Positions 43,786 through 58,768 of a stretch of DNA of 64,000 bases are shown here, one piece after another. This DNA is from Eledone cirrhosa (lineage: Eukaryota). Every line of letters starts with the position of its first letter. Position 1 is the stretch's first letter. The position numbers and the translations under genes were made by a program. The notes below the pieces were generated by a model. That model ran no database searches, had not been told where the DNA came from, and was given only the letters and a program-made list of their open reading frames with translations. Location: contig OZ024752.1 of assembly GCA_964016885.1 (NCBI GenBank), forward strand, positions 2,666,001-2,730,000, given 5' to 3'.

Positions 43786-46670
43786 TGAATGCTGTAATAA
43801 TGTCAGGTTATGCTAAGAAATATTGACCATGTAATGAACCCCAGGCAAGAGGATGGACAAATAAAACACCTACGATCAAAAAATGATTGAAAAATCAGGA
43901 TGTCCAATACTTAACTTATCTCGACAACTACATAATAAACAAATAAATAAAATGATTTACCCCGATTTAATATAATCGAAGAAGCATCTACTGACGACCC
44001 CTACAATAATAGGGTGACACACTACTGTCTCTTATACCACTGTCGTCCATACATAACAATGACTATTACCATTCTGAAAAGCAATTTCTGTCAACCAATA
44101 CTTCACCGTATATAAACATACAATATATGCCTGGCCACATAGGACGTACTAGCAGAGCGTTCGAACAATAACCAACAAATCCCTCTAAATTTCACGTGCA
44201 CACACGATTGTGTATGTGAATGTTTATGTGTGTACATCACCTATCATTTACAACTCGTCTGTACCTAGCTTATGATTTTGTATACCCTTAATTATTTTAA
44301 TGATTTAATTTTGTTAACGTTATAGATTATTTACATTATATTATTGTAGAAACTATTTCTAGTTGTCATCTTTCTATTGTGTATGTCATAAAACTGGAAT
44401 GTCAACATCACCAAATGTGCAAAAGATTGCACAATTCTTTATTTCATATATATATATATATTTATTCATTAAAATCCAATAGACATACCTCTTTACTTGC
44501 TATCTGACACTATGCTTTTATTATTTGGATGTGCTACCTATTTCACTATAATCTCACATAGCCTCATAGAATTTGTGCCTAACTTATTTTTAGAAAATTG
44601 GATCTATTTTGGGTTATTTACAAATACTTTTACAGATACATATTTTGCCTCTCTCCATTTCCGCTTCGTTCTTTTTAATATTTTTCTGTTGTCCAATGTA
44701 TTTGCCCATGCTCAAATTGTCAATACATATTTCACGCTACCTTCTAATGTTATTGCATTTCTAGTTTATTTCCTATTTGATTTTGTCATATTATTCTTCT
44801 GTAGAGCAAACATATTTTTTTAGAACTGTTTGTTTTCTCACTGAAAACCATTTCTGTCTACAATATAGAGAAAGTTCCCTTCATTTGCTCATGCAGTAAT
44901 TCAATATTCTGTAGTCCGTCAAATTCGGTTTGAAGGTAGGTATTCATGATAAGTGGGCGTTTGATAAATTATTTCCAATTATATGAATCCTCTACCGTCC
45001 TCGTAAGCAAATATATATCATAAACGCTGTAGGGAATGTATATATATGTTGAAAATAAACACCAGAACTTAGAATCCCATTCTCAGGAGATCATTTACAT
45101 TCCAATTATTAGGCTAGTGGCTATAGGTAATGATTCTTCAACTTGATGCTGTCTTTTGTGTTTTCCTAAAACTGGTTTTACTTTTACTTTTGTATTCCAG
45201 TGGGATTAAAAGTAAAGTCTTGTCATGGACTTTTGATAAACACTTTTCACTAAATATTTCCAAATGCTGAAATGGTAATTGTGTTATCATTGCCTATGTC
45301 AATATTGCTTAAATTGACGTTATGCCGGGATATGAAACTATAAATCCCACTCATTTATGGAGTTGGATAAAGTTGTTATAAGCATGAATATTTGAAAAGA
45401 TGCATGGATGATGTGTGATCTAGTTTTCTTGCTGAAGAATAGAGATTGTATATTGAATGTATTTTTTGTATCCTGAAATAACATTTAGTTTAATAAATAT
45501 TATAGAATGACGCCACATAGCATCTCTCTTCAATCTTTACGGATTATCCCTCTGAATACTTTTTTCTAGTCAACCTGTTTTCATCCATAGATACGTTCGT
45601 ATTTATCACCACACAGTTACATAAGTTCTACTTAAGTTCTACATAAGTTCATCCTCATGGACTACCTATGGATGTTTACTGGACTGCTAATGTCACTTCT
45701 ATTCACAGAAACAAAGGTGGAGCACCCTGACATGAAGGTTTCTGGATTTTCATCGCGGATAGAAGAGGCTTACTCTTATGCTACCAAGAACAATTAGGCT
45801 GAAAGCTTATGGTTGTTTTCGTTTTCTTTTTTTTATGAATGTGGGCTCTTATTTTCACTTGAATACAAGGTTGAGTTAATAAGCAATAGAAAAACAGGAA
45901 TGTTCCAACATTGCTGGGACAACTCAGTTTGAGATATTTCCTGATCAGTTTTATTAAAAGCGTTGGCAAAATAAGTATATTACATCCACATTCGTTTGGT
46001 GAATGAATAGCTTTTCCGAACCGAGTCAAATTGCTGCGAAATCTGTGTAAATACATTTCCTCTGTGAGGAACGCACTATGTTTGGATATTGTACTGGTGT
46101 ATGACCAGAGGGTTATACCCGAAGGTTTTACAATTGTATACCCTTCCTACTTCACGGAAAGCCCATATTGCATATTCAACTAAAAATCGGGGGATTTTAC
46201 ATCTTTGCAAGAAGCTTTATGGTACGAAAGTTTATGGTACGTTTTTATGTTTCATGTGGATTGTTGGAAAACATGGATGTGTACCTGAAGATATGTTCTT
46301 TTACTTTTTGACTGAGTGTACGTATTCCTCATTTACGACGTATAGATGTGTGATAAAGAATACGTCTTCTGGCTAATATATTTACTTATACATCACAGGC
46401 AATGAGACAAAATTGTTGCATTGCCAATTTAACGTTTCACATATCGTTCTCAAGCCAATAGTAAGTAATCCATTTTCTTGGATGTTCGACACATTTCTTT
46501 GGTACACTGAACAAAACGATTTGCATATTTAAAGAAAGCTTTTGTATTTTCTATAGATATGGCTTCTCTTCCTGTCTTGCATCCACGTGCGAATTGAGGA
46601 ACAACTGACATCATTGATAACAGTACGAAGGGAGATAGCAGTTCATATCAGTTTCGACATATTAGTTTAG

Positions 46671-46870
46671 ATAATTGTTTCTACATTTGGCACAAGGCCA
46701 GCAATTATCCTAGTGCGTTACAGGAACTTTATTTTATCGACCTCTAAGGATGAAAGGAAAAGTTAACCTCGGCCTGATGTGAACTCAAATCGTAAAGAGC
46801 CGTACCTCTATGTAACTTTGTAAAGCATGGCGTCCGACCCTCTACCGATACTGCCAATCCGACCACCCCA
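46671..46870 (-). mobile_element. tRNA-derived SINE, near full length, with TSD
   Basis: Family match; flanking catat(t/c)agt(t/a)tagataat duplication. Confidence 0.88.
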
Positions 46871-47027
46871 TATCAGTATAGATAATGTCGATGTTTTTCG
46901 TCATATATGTTCCTTACACCATTCGGCACACACTATCTTGCTTCGAATTTAAATTTACCCTATTCCCTGAACTATATACATTGCATGTTATAATTATCTA
47001 CTGCGTTTGGAACATTTACCTCTTAAG

Positions 47028-47330
47028 ACTTGGACACTAACTAAGAAACTCACAGAGATGGTGGATGGGTGCTACACGAGATTGCTGAGGATGGTTCAGG
47101 GCATTAATCAGTATAAACTGAGGATGAAGAATTCATAGCTGTGCGGGGGCCTCCCAAATGTCAGCTCAAAATTAAAACAGAGGAGACTGAGGTTATATGG
47201 ACATGGAGACCGACATTCAGAGTTGACACTGCACTCAGTGCTCCTGTGGAAGCCCTCTACATGCACACCACAAGAAAAGGGAGGCTGAGGTTGATATATA
47301 TCGTCCATGGATCTCGGGATATATACCCAC
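47028..47330 (+). pseudogene. RTE-clade LINE ORF C-terminal fragment (frameshifted)
   Basis: Translates TWTLTKKLTEMVDGCYTRLLRMVQGIN ... SSKLKQRRLRLYGH ... RKGRLRLIYI, typical of the post-RT region of RTE elements. Confidence 0.8.
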
Positions 47331-47332
47331 CG

Positions 47333-47393
<61 letters not shown>

Positions 47394-48564
47394 TTGTGTG
47401 TGTGTGTGTGTTTGTGTGCCTGTTTATCCCATATGTAGTAGGTTTGAATCGCTTTTATCATTTCTTTTTATCTGAAGAACACGATTTAAATATTTTGCAA
47501 AATCCTCAAATTTGTTAGTTTAAACACCTGTCTACTGAGCTACATTCTAATAAAGAAATGTTTGACATTCGCTTTTATATTACAAAGCAAATCAAGATAG
47601 CATTTGTATCTTGTTAGTGTTTTGTTTGAGATATGTTGTGTTTTATCTTTCTGTAAGACAAGAATTATCAATTTTCTTCTACTCAATCATATAACATATA
47701 AATTTATTCATTTTAAAGCAAATATTTATAGTTGCAATATAAGAGACGGAAATAGTCTCTGTGAAACATAAATATGTATAGTGTTGTTTTCACAATTCTA
47801 GATACCCATAATCACAATGTCAACTTTCAACCTAAAATCTTATATATGGAATTCTACTTAATCACATATTTCAGTAGATGATGAAAAAGGAAACAAACAC
47901 GTCCTTTGAAAAAGGCCGCATTTTAGTACTATGAAATTAAATAGGAATGAATTTGTTCAATAATGTCAGTTTTTAATATATAGGTCTGTGTACGTCTGTT
48001 GCAGCGAGGGGTGACTATATTTCTGCGTATATGTGCAGGTATAAATGTCAGTGCAAAATCTGAATGAAATAAAGAGTGTACCTATATATTTAGATGCAAG
48101 AATATCACTGAATATTTGGAAATTGTTATGAATAATATTTTTCGGAAAAGATGATGTAATGGAAACTTTATATTTTGTAATGCATAAGTTTTCAAGCAGT
48201 TTTCTTTTTCAAAATATAAAGAACCAGATGTAAATATGAGCATAATGGGGAAAGAAAGAATTTGCATAATTATCTATACGTTCTATGATAAATAACACTA
48301 CGTTTCAAATGAGATATTTTCTCCATTTGTAAGTGTTTTGTGCAAGTTAATTGATACCTAAAGATTCATTTTCTTTATAAACACTGTACTGCCACTTAAC
48401 ATTGCTTCACTACACCATGTATATGTAAAGGTGATATCAGTTAATATTAGGAGTCTCTCAATGTTGATTTTGATTTAAGTCCTTCCAGCCTTGACGATTG
48501 ATTGGTTTTTGGTCATTTCATGAGTTGCAGTTGTATCTTAGACTGGCGTATATATAATGGGTTC

Positions 48565-49958
<1,394 letters not shown>

Positions 49959-49999
49959 ATAAGGAAGAAATTAAAAGATGGTTAAAAGAGTTCCATATA

Positions 50000-50065
50000 T
50001 TTCACTATGCGCATTTCGAATACAAAATCATTCTGGGACAAGAATTGTGTTCTCATCAGATAAAA
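50000..50065 (-). ncRNA. Type I hammerhead ribozyme
   Basis: Reverse complement ttttat-CTGATGA-gaacacaatt..gattttgtattc-GAAA-tgcgca-TA-gtgaaa; stem I kept by G-U pairs. Confidence 0.72.
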
Positions 50066-50187
50066 TAAGATAACATGATATGAGGCATAATAGCACTTGT
50101 TAACAGCAAAGTGCTAAGTCTAACACTTATATTTCTGTAGACTAAGCACTTTTCTGTAAACAAGTGCTATTACGCCTCATTACCTTA

Positions 50188-50253
50188 TTTTATCTGATGA
50201 GAACAAAATGTTTGTCCCAGGTTGATTTTGTATTCGAAATGCGCATAATAAAA
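50188..50253 (+). ncRNA. Type I hammerhead ribozyme
   Basis: ttttat-CTGATGA-gaacaaaat..attttgtattc-GAAA-tgcgca-TA-ataaaa. Confidence 0.78.
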
Positions 50254-51677
50254 TATATGGACTCTTTTAACCATCTTTTAATTTCTTCTTTATTATATAT
50301 ACTCTAGTTCTACAAACTGTTGAGTGCTACTTATCTGTAATATGCATAGTTTTATTGTTCTACAATATTACTCACCTTCTACATATATATATATGATAGC
50401 ATTATGCAAATTTCTGTCTACGAAATTCCACACCCAAAATCTACGCGAGGGTAGAGACGGCACTTGCCTGCATAGACACAAGAAACAAGCTGATTGCGGT
50501 ATAAATCGTCTGATATCAGAATATATTCATGTATGTGTGTATGTTTATGTATGTATACGTATTCACGAATATATGTATGTATACACGTGCTGCAGGTATA
50601 TAACCTCTTCCACTGTTTTCGCCCATTGAATTCTACTTATAAGCACGTAATTTCTACTTGTAATTACGGTTAGAGAAACAAATGTAAAAATAGATAGATC
50701 AATCATAATAGGTAATTCATAATAGAAAATCCAAAGACAAACGTAGCATCACAGTGGAATAGAACTCTGAATAGTAGTTTGGAATAACCACCGACATTTA
50801 GTGCATTTCGTTTTACTTAGAGAATTTATGAAAGTTTGGCCAATGAACCTAAGTGAAAATTTAAAACAAAACGTGCAAAATAAATTAACACATGCTTTAA
50901 TGTAGGTAAATTACCACTTTCCCATCTCTATCCTCAATGTTATACTAATAATTAAAGGGGAAAACTGATGGATAGCGGTATGATTTAAGCTTCTTTGATC
51001 TCGCTATAATAATTTTGAAAGTGTGTCCTTGAATAATGAATTCTCTTAATTTGTTTGCAGTCAGTAATGAGATGATTTGGCTGGGGCATGATATGTTCTT
51101 ATTATATCGAAGCTGTTAGTGATTATGAAGAGAGGATGTCTTTTATTTTACTTTGTTTCCTAATACCTTTAAGAATATTTTATTTTAAAATTTGCATTAA
51201 GTAACCGCTGATTCTCCTCTCTAGTTCAACTGCAATATAATATGTTGTGACATTACATCTTAATGATATACTTATTTGCACTATATATCTTATATTCAGA
51301 ATTATTTGTATGTTTTTTCATGGATTGGATGGCTGATATCTTTGTGTCTGTATATATGTTTTGTGTGGAAACCTTGACATCATATGCGTGTCTGCGTGCC
51401 CATCTTTCTGGAATATGCAGGAATATGCATATAGTTATTTTCTCATTGATTTATTAAAGTATAATTTCTGTTTCTGAAATCGAATGCAGGATGTATCCCT
51501 TGAAAGATGAGTATTGACGTACATGTACGTCAATATTCATCGTTTTCCATTTCTCCTAGGGTTCATAACCCCTCTATCAGGCTAAATAATGTCTTTAATT
51601 TCTTTAGTCAAAATACGGCGATAGCTTACATTTATAATAATTTCAAAGCCACTCGCTGTTTCGAAAATATTCTTACT

Positions 51678-51763
<86 letters not shown>

Positions 51764-51860
51764 GTAGAACACTGGAAGGTAATATGCGTAGTGGTAGACC
51801 ACTCAGTCAATGGGACCAGTTAGGTGTGGAAATGGTTACACAACAGTTAGCTCACTATAC

Positions 51861-51898
51861 CGAGAACAATTGTTTAACCTTAGCGGAACCTCAGCTCG
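51861..51898 (-). ncRNA. Degenerate minimal hammerhead in the Penelope pLTR
   Basis: Reverse complement cgag-CTGAGGT-t-cc/gctaa/gg-t-TAAA-caattg-TT-ctcg; the right pLTR copy has GAAACAATTGT; palindromic stem III ACAATTGT. Confidence 0.5.
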
Positions 51899-52211
51899 TA
51901 ATGGACATGGTTATACGGAACAGGAAGGACAGCCGTACGAACGCACCTGCGCAGAAACGATCACTTCACAGAGGCAATACTAAAATGCGTGCGTGAGGTG
52001 TAAGGGATACAACTGCGAAAGTCCGGAACATTTATAGTTGATAAGAAAATTAGGATGTTATTGTAATTCAATCCGGAGCATTGTAGTTACGTAAGAGGTG
52101 TTTCGAGATGTGTTGACAACGTGTGAACAATTCATTTCTCGTGTTTAGTCAATCGCTATTTCATAATCTCTTTAGAATAGTTATTCGTTCATCAATACAT
52201 ACGCCACATGA

Positions 52212-52632
52212 CGGTGCTCTTGCCGTAAGCCCGAAGATTGTCCCCTTCAATAGCAATGCAACACAACCGCTGTAGTTTATGAAGCTGTGGTCACTTCCAA
52301 CCGAACAAATCAACCGACGGAGCTCAAGTCCTATGTGGGTATGGTGGAGCGGCGATTTAAGGAACATTTCGAGAACCACCAGTCGACCTTTTAGATAACC
52401 GGACAGACGTTCATCCACGAAACTCGCGAGCCACATATGGTCCATCAAGGACTCAATGACTACTCCGTTCAATGGCAAGCCATCACTAAGTTCAAGCCAG
52501 GGGAAATCCCTCGTGTGGACTATGTATTGATGAACGAATACATATTCTAAAGAGATTATGCAATAGCGATTGCCTAAACACGAGAAATGAATTCTTCACA
52601 CGTTGTCCACACGTCTCGAAACACCTCTTACG
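52212..52632 (+). pseudogene. Penelope-type GIY-YIG endonuclease (stops and frameshifts)
   Basis: RCSCRKPEDCPLQ*QCNTTAVVYEAVVTS..KSYVGMVERRFKEHFENHQSTF*, then in shifted frames SSTKLASHIWSIKD, CGLCIDERIHIL and CLNTRNEFFTRCPHVSKHLL. Confidence 0.9.
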
Positions 52633-52835
52633 TAACTACAAATCTCCGGATTGAATTACAACAACATCCTTATTTTCTTATCAACTAAACATTTTTCAGA
52701 TTTACACCTCTCGCACGCATTATAGTATTGCCTGTGTGAAGTGATCGTTTCTTCGCATGCGCGGTCGTACGGTTATCCTTTCTGTTCCGTATAACCATGT
52801 TGAGGGTCCGCTAAGGTGAAACAATTGTATATATA

Positions 52836-53770
52836 CTAGCATTAAAGCCCAGCGTTGCTCGGGGTCATTAAGTTGCCAAAGTTAGGTTGCACCACCCATT
52901 TTATGGCACCACTTTTTTGTCTGCCAGGCACTGGGTGAATGAATTGCAGACCTGGAAGCAGGAGCTGCGCCAGCAGTGACAATTGTAGTTTCGCCTATGA
53001 ATATTATCTCTGTGCAAAAAAGTGTTGAAATTTATTGTTTAACAGTACTTGCGCAACACGCGCGTAGAGGATGCCAGCCGAACAACAGAACTGCGATGGA
53101 GTTTTTCTGCATGGTTGTCTGTGTGTTTTCTAAATTTAAGACAGTAGGGAGGGTTGTGATATGAGGGAAAGTTTGCTGTTGATTCTAGCAGGTTTAGTGA
53201 CCTCATAGAGGATATTATTGTTTATCATTATCTATAAAAGACAGATTGTTGTTGTTGTTGTTGAAGTGAGTGTGTGTTTGTATGCGTTTGGAAAAGAGGT
53301 TTTAAAAAAGATTTATCGCTTGTTGTTGAATAAATGTATATGTTGCTTTTGAATAATAAGTGAGTGTGTGTTTGTATGCGTTTGGAAATAAATCAGTAAG
53401 TTTGAAGTATAAAAGAGAAAGTAGCAAAATGTGTGGGTTGTAGATAGAGGTATCAGATGATATGACAGAGTAAAACGGACAGTATCGCCATCAAGCTTGG
53501 AAAGAGAAAGTAGCAGATAATATTAAGTTGTATAGATTTTGAATGGTAGTGGAAAGAGTTTAGCAGTTTAAATGACAGAGAAAAATCGTAAAATATTGAG
53601 TTTTATCTATTTTTTGCGTAATTGTGGGTGAAATTGAAAAAGATTATCTGTGCCAAGACGCAATCGAAGCTATTTCGAATACTGAATGGTAAATTTCAAT
53701 TGAAGAAAGTCTATATCGTAGATTTCTATAAGAAAGAGCATGACCACACACTGAGCTTTATAGATTATGA
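52836..53770 (-). mobile_element. Non-autonomous Helitron (sister of 10291-11934)
   Basis: - strand 5' a|TCATAATCTATAAAG at 53770; 3' cccgagcaacgctggg hairpin then CTAG|t at 52836. Confidence 0.88.
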
Positions 53771-53783
53771 TATATACATATAT

Positions 53784-53824
<41 letters not shown>

Positions 53825-55825
53825 GACTCTACGAGGAGGGATTTCGGTGCAGTCTTTGCAATTATATATGAATTTTAATATACATGCGTATCACCAGAGA
53901 TAATGTGGTATAAGGTGTAAATTGGAACTAGAGAGATTAAGCGTTTTACATGAGCAGATTTTATATAGTGAATTTGTGATTATACCTCATTCTGCCAATC
54001 TAACATTGTTAATCTTTCACCCGACGTATATTCACCAAGTCAAAGTTGACATTGTGTCACATTAGTTTCATTAGTTGCTGTTATGGCTATTAGCTCCAGT
54101 GTCTCAGTAACTGTTAAACTGAATGTTTTGTGGAATTTTTTATATATTTCTCCAGCATTGCTTACGTTCGGTCAGCTGTCAAGTATAAGTGCATGATTTC
54201 CTGGAACTTCTTCGTGAAGCATATGACATAGCGGTAAGGGAGCTGGAGACATGATCATAAGGTCATAGGATTGATAACTTTATTTCTTTGAAAAAAAACT
54301 AGTTGATGTCTAGTAATCTTTATATGTTGCAGATATGATTTATGTAAATACATATATGGTACATATAACCGAATATATGTTATTTTAATAACTACATTCC
54401 CTGCGGTAATGAAATCATCTACTGAAGAATGTTTATAGAATGGGAATTTTATTCTTAAAAATGCATTTTGTCATATGTGGAAGCATTACAGTAAAGAACA
54501 TGCTATATATATTTTTTTATTGTTTGTACCGCTAAGAGCTTTAAGCCATAGACTCCTATCGACCTTATTTACAACTTGTAATGGGTTGGCCTCTAATTGA
54601 TGGGTACACGTTAAACAGATCTTTCTTTAATTATGCACTTGTTATTCTAACTTGCTGAGATGGACAATAAGGTCAACGTCACTTTTTACAACTCTCACTT
54701 ATATTGCACTTCACAGTCTTAGAAAATGAAGGTCATATTAAACAATATCGTGTTATTTATATAAGGGATGGTCATGAATTGCGTACATTTTACCATGGCA
54801 CTTGGTGGAATCCTTTCATTTGATTATGAACAATAACATGAACACCTCTTAAAAATATAGTGATTTTATCGAAGGCCAGATTCATTCGATTTGATGCTTC
54901 TAAATCAATCTTAGAGCATATTCTACCTTCTGAAATAACGACAAATGGATACTTTAATTCAAAGCACACGACGCATTTCCTGCAATAAATATTGGATAGC
55001 CATTTCTCTAATGTTTGCTTAAACAAACTTTAAATGAGGCTAACTTCATCAACTAGACGTCTCTCAACGTTAATTGGAGTACATAAATCTACATTGATGG
55101 TGATCTTCGATCATCAATCATTATATCTTGCAACCTATATATGAAAACATATTTCATTAGTCTACTTCGCTTATATGCATTGCATTAGAGAAAATATATC
55201 CTGTGAATTCAATAAATTAAAGAACTGATTAAAGAATGACAATGTGGAAGAATCTATATAATTAAAAAATAATCTTGATGTTATATACTGCACACATGTT
55301 CCAAAACGATCAACAAATGCTTCTTCGTTCAATCAAAAACCAATTCTAAATATTGCCAGATAATTCGGAGTGTTTTGCCATTTATTTTTTATATCGAATT
55401 TTGTTTATTTAGTTTGTTTCATTTATGTACTTATTATATGTGCCTCTACTAACCAGGAAAGTATCATATGTTAGTTGATATATAGTTGATAAATAAACAA
55501 CAACGAAAATTGTGTTTCCTGATATCTGAATTATTGCTTAAAAAATGTATCTAAGAATGATATTTTAGAAGTGATTTTTTAATGCTTTCTTCTTACGCCT
55601 TATAGCTATTTTTCTTAAATCATCATTTACCTCTTGAATGATTTAGATAAAAAAATGGTTGAGACATAACATTGAATTCACAAAAAATTGTCTCTACTCG
55701 CTTTGTTGTTATCTCTTCCTTAAAGGAAAAAAAAACCTCGCTCCATGTTCGTTTCACAGTTGTATAATTTCAATATATTTATGACTGATATTATTATTAT
55801 TATCATCATCAGCATCATCATTATG

Positions 55826-55858
<33 letters not shown>

Positions 55859-57428
55859 TACTTTGAGTATGTATTCCACTTTTTATTCTCCTTTTTGGGG
55901 TACTGAAAAAATAACAGATATCATACTAGCTATCAATTAACATCTTTGTCTCTCACATATTGTCTGGTACCTTTTAATATTCCTAATCATTCTCCCTTTT
56001 TAACATAGATATCTACAATTGCAAATATTGTTGATTATGTATGTAAAAGCACATTCGTTCCGGATTTTTCTTCATTGATAAACAAATCGGAAAGTAAATA
56101 AAATATTGTTTCTTTTGTTAAGCAGATTGGGTGGTTTAGAATATTTTCTACGATTTTCGAACGACTAAGTGACTGTAATTCTAAGGCAAATTACAGGATG
56201 CACAGAATAGATTGAATAATAAGTTAACTGATGTCTTGAAATTGAATCTCATTACTACATATCTATATTCCAGCTGGGAATATAGCTGGGGTTGATATTA
56301 CGCAAAAAAACAAGTAAAATAAAATGTTGCTAACCGATGATTTACTCTGAGGCAATTAGCTTGAATATAATAGTAAAATGCATTTCGTACAGCCTGGAGT
56401 ATTTTCAGATGTATAACGATTTATCTATACATTTGTTTCTATATTTACGTAATGATGGTACAATCGTTTTTTCAACGTTTCTATGTCTTAGGAAATAAGA
56501 GTTAAACGAAATAGATATTAAATGTAAGATATAGACATGTAGTTGATGATTTTATTTGATTATTATTTTATTTTCGTTTCAGTGTAGCATTTTCTTTAAA
56601 TGTGATAAGAAATTACTTACAGTTTAATGCATTGCTCTTATTTTATTGGATGTAGTACAGCGATTGGCAAATTCATGTGTTCATTGGCGACATCATGACG
56701 AAACACATGAAATCTCCCTTTTCATTTGTTGTTCAGTAAGCATTTATACTAAACACCTCATTGTGTTATAAATACTGTATTTGTTTTTTATGAGCATGTG
56801 ACAAATTTCAAAGAAGTAGAATTATAAATCAACAGGCATCACATAGTGAGTGTTTGTATAATGTAATAGGATGGATAGAGAACAAATAATGTTTACTTTG
56901 AAAATATCCTGTTAAATATTTGCCTTCCAGAACAATACAATTTATATATTATTTATATCTTTTATTTATTTCATACAAAATCATATATCTTACAGATGAT
57001 GGGTGGATTTGATATACCTATTCAATGATTTGTGTTTCAATTATTCAAACCTTTCATGAAAAATCCATTACTGACATGTCTGGTACGTACCAGAGGTATT
57101 GTGATTTCAATGCACTGTCAGTTTTTTTGGAATGCAAAAAAATACTTTCCCCATTACAGAGATACGAATCCAATAAGATGTACCTTTTGATCACACTTCA
57201 ATTGTATCTTGCTTTGCAGATTACAGTTTCAAAGATATTGTGCAAAACTGGGAATTATTACTTTTATGCAGTAGAAATGTTGCCAGTTTATCATTACACT
57301 TTACCAGGTATATCGTCGTGTTTATAGAACTTGATGTTTATGCTTCATTCGATTTTCTAAATTAAATTTTTAAATTGCTTGAAGTAGGATGATATTATTG
57401 TTCCCAGTATCTAAGAGTAATATATATA

Positions 57429-58768
57429 ACCAACTGGCCCGTCCCGCTGGCGCCGGGCTAGGTGTACCGCCAGTTTATCATTTCAGGAATCGCCATTACA
57501 CTCCAGTGCAAAGATACCGCACGCCCTCTCAAGTCAGCGAGGGGGTGGGGTTTAACGTGCTCTGATGTTGGATTTGAACAGTTTTTAGGATTCCCCAGTT
57601 TAGCAGCCAGTACGTTAAAGAAAATTGATAGTTACAACAATAAAGGCTGAACAGAGAACACATTTTTTAACAAACAATAATTTGTAAAACCATAATGTAA
57701 ATTCCAAGTAACAGAAAATATTGGAATCACATTGTTAGAGCTTCAGAGTATAGAATATTTTTTCTTCGGCCCTCCTGAGCAAAGATGAAGAGATTGTTTG
57801 GCGAGCTCACCCTAGAGCATCCTACATACAATTGACCATGGGAGAATCACTGATTTCGTAGCTCGTCTCGGGGAGAAGCTCTGTAGACGTTGAACTCTGG
57901 ACACTCCTGTCAGGAGCAGGTAAGCTGTAGTGACTTAGATGCCTACCACCAATCTCCAGCACACTGTTTTCAAGAGGAATGAGCGTCTCATTGAAATTGA
58001 AAACGACATCGTATGATACATTTGGATTGCGGCTGCATGTGCGGTGGAGGATGTCCTCAGCTAGACTTTCACGGTGGTTGTTCTACAGTGCGAGAGGGTC
58101 GGCGAGATAGCAGTTGTGCCACATAATAGCAAAAGGTTTTCACAGCTGAGAAGGGAATTTAGCAGCTGCTGCTTCTTGCAGGGAGGGTGCCAATTGCTGT
58201 CATTGTGTAACATACCACGCATCTGGCAAGCCAAACGGAAAGTGGAACATTGATGGCCATTGATGGTTCTCAGATCTTGGAAATACTGTGGTCCTCTAAT
58301 CTTGAATAGTAACAATGACGATAAGCCGTCTGTGCTTTCGTGAAATAAATAGGTTGTTGTGTTTGTGTATACAAAAATATATGTTTAAAGTTTAAGCAAG
58401 GAATCGCTGTTTTTAACCTTAACTAAAATAATCAGTCTGTGAACGCAGAAGTAAATATTTCGAAAAACGTTATCAAATGCTATGTATCTATCTAAAAAGA
58501 CATACTAAGAAAAAAAGAGGAATGTTGTGCGACGTCATAAGAAAAAGTGAGGAATAACGTTTAACCGGAAGTGTTGACATTTGAAATTTTAAAGACGTGT
58601 ATATTTAAATAACGTCTTTAATCTTTTAACAAAATTCAGTAGACAAAAATACCTCCACTCTTTTTATTGGAAAACATTATATCTATGGTGCACATTTAGT
58701 GCTGTTTGGTCCAGTCGTTTCGCGGAAGGATTGTTACCTACATACGGCCGTCAGCTTTATAGTATAGA
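57429..58768 (-). mobile_element. Internally deleted Helitron with RepHel fragments
   Basis: 5' a|TCTATACTATAAAG at 58768; GC-rich 3' hairpin region near 57436-57460 (terminal CTAG decayed); coding fragments inside. Confidence 0.85.
57737..58315 (-). pseudogene. Helitron RepHel fragments (Rep-helicase linker fused to the Pif1 C-terminus)
   Basis: LLLFKIRGPQYFQDLRTINGHQCSTFRLACQMRGMLHNDSNW; RESLAEDILH..LEIGGRHLSHYSLPAP; FSHGQLYVGCSRVSSPNNLFIF..KNILYSEAL. Confidence 0.9.

Larger units (their letters stand above)
49959..50382. mobile_element. Older, diverged fold-back double-hammerhead element (family of 9337-9782)
   Basis: Imperfect inverted arms ~49959-50125 / ~50135-50293 plus the same unique tail; (TA)n flanks. 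Confidence 0.85.
51762..52828 (+). mobile_element. Penelope-like element remnant: inverted pLTR + GIY-YIG endonuclease + pLTR
   Basis: ~51865-52210 is an inverted copy of ~52513-52828; endonuclease pseudogene between them; (TA)n flanks. Confidence 0.88.
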
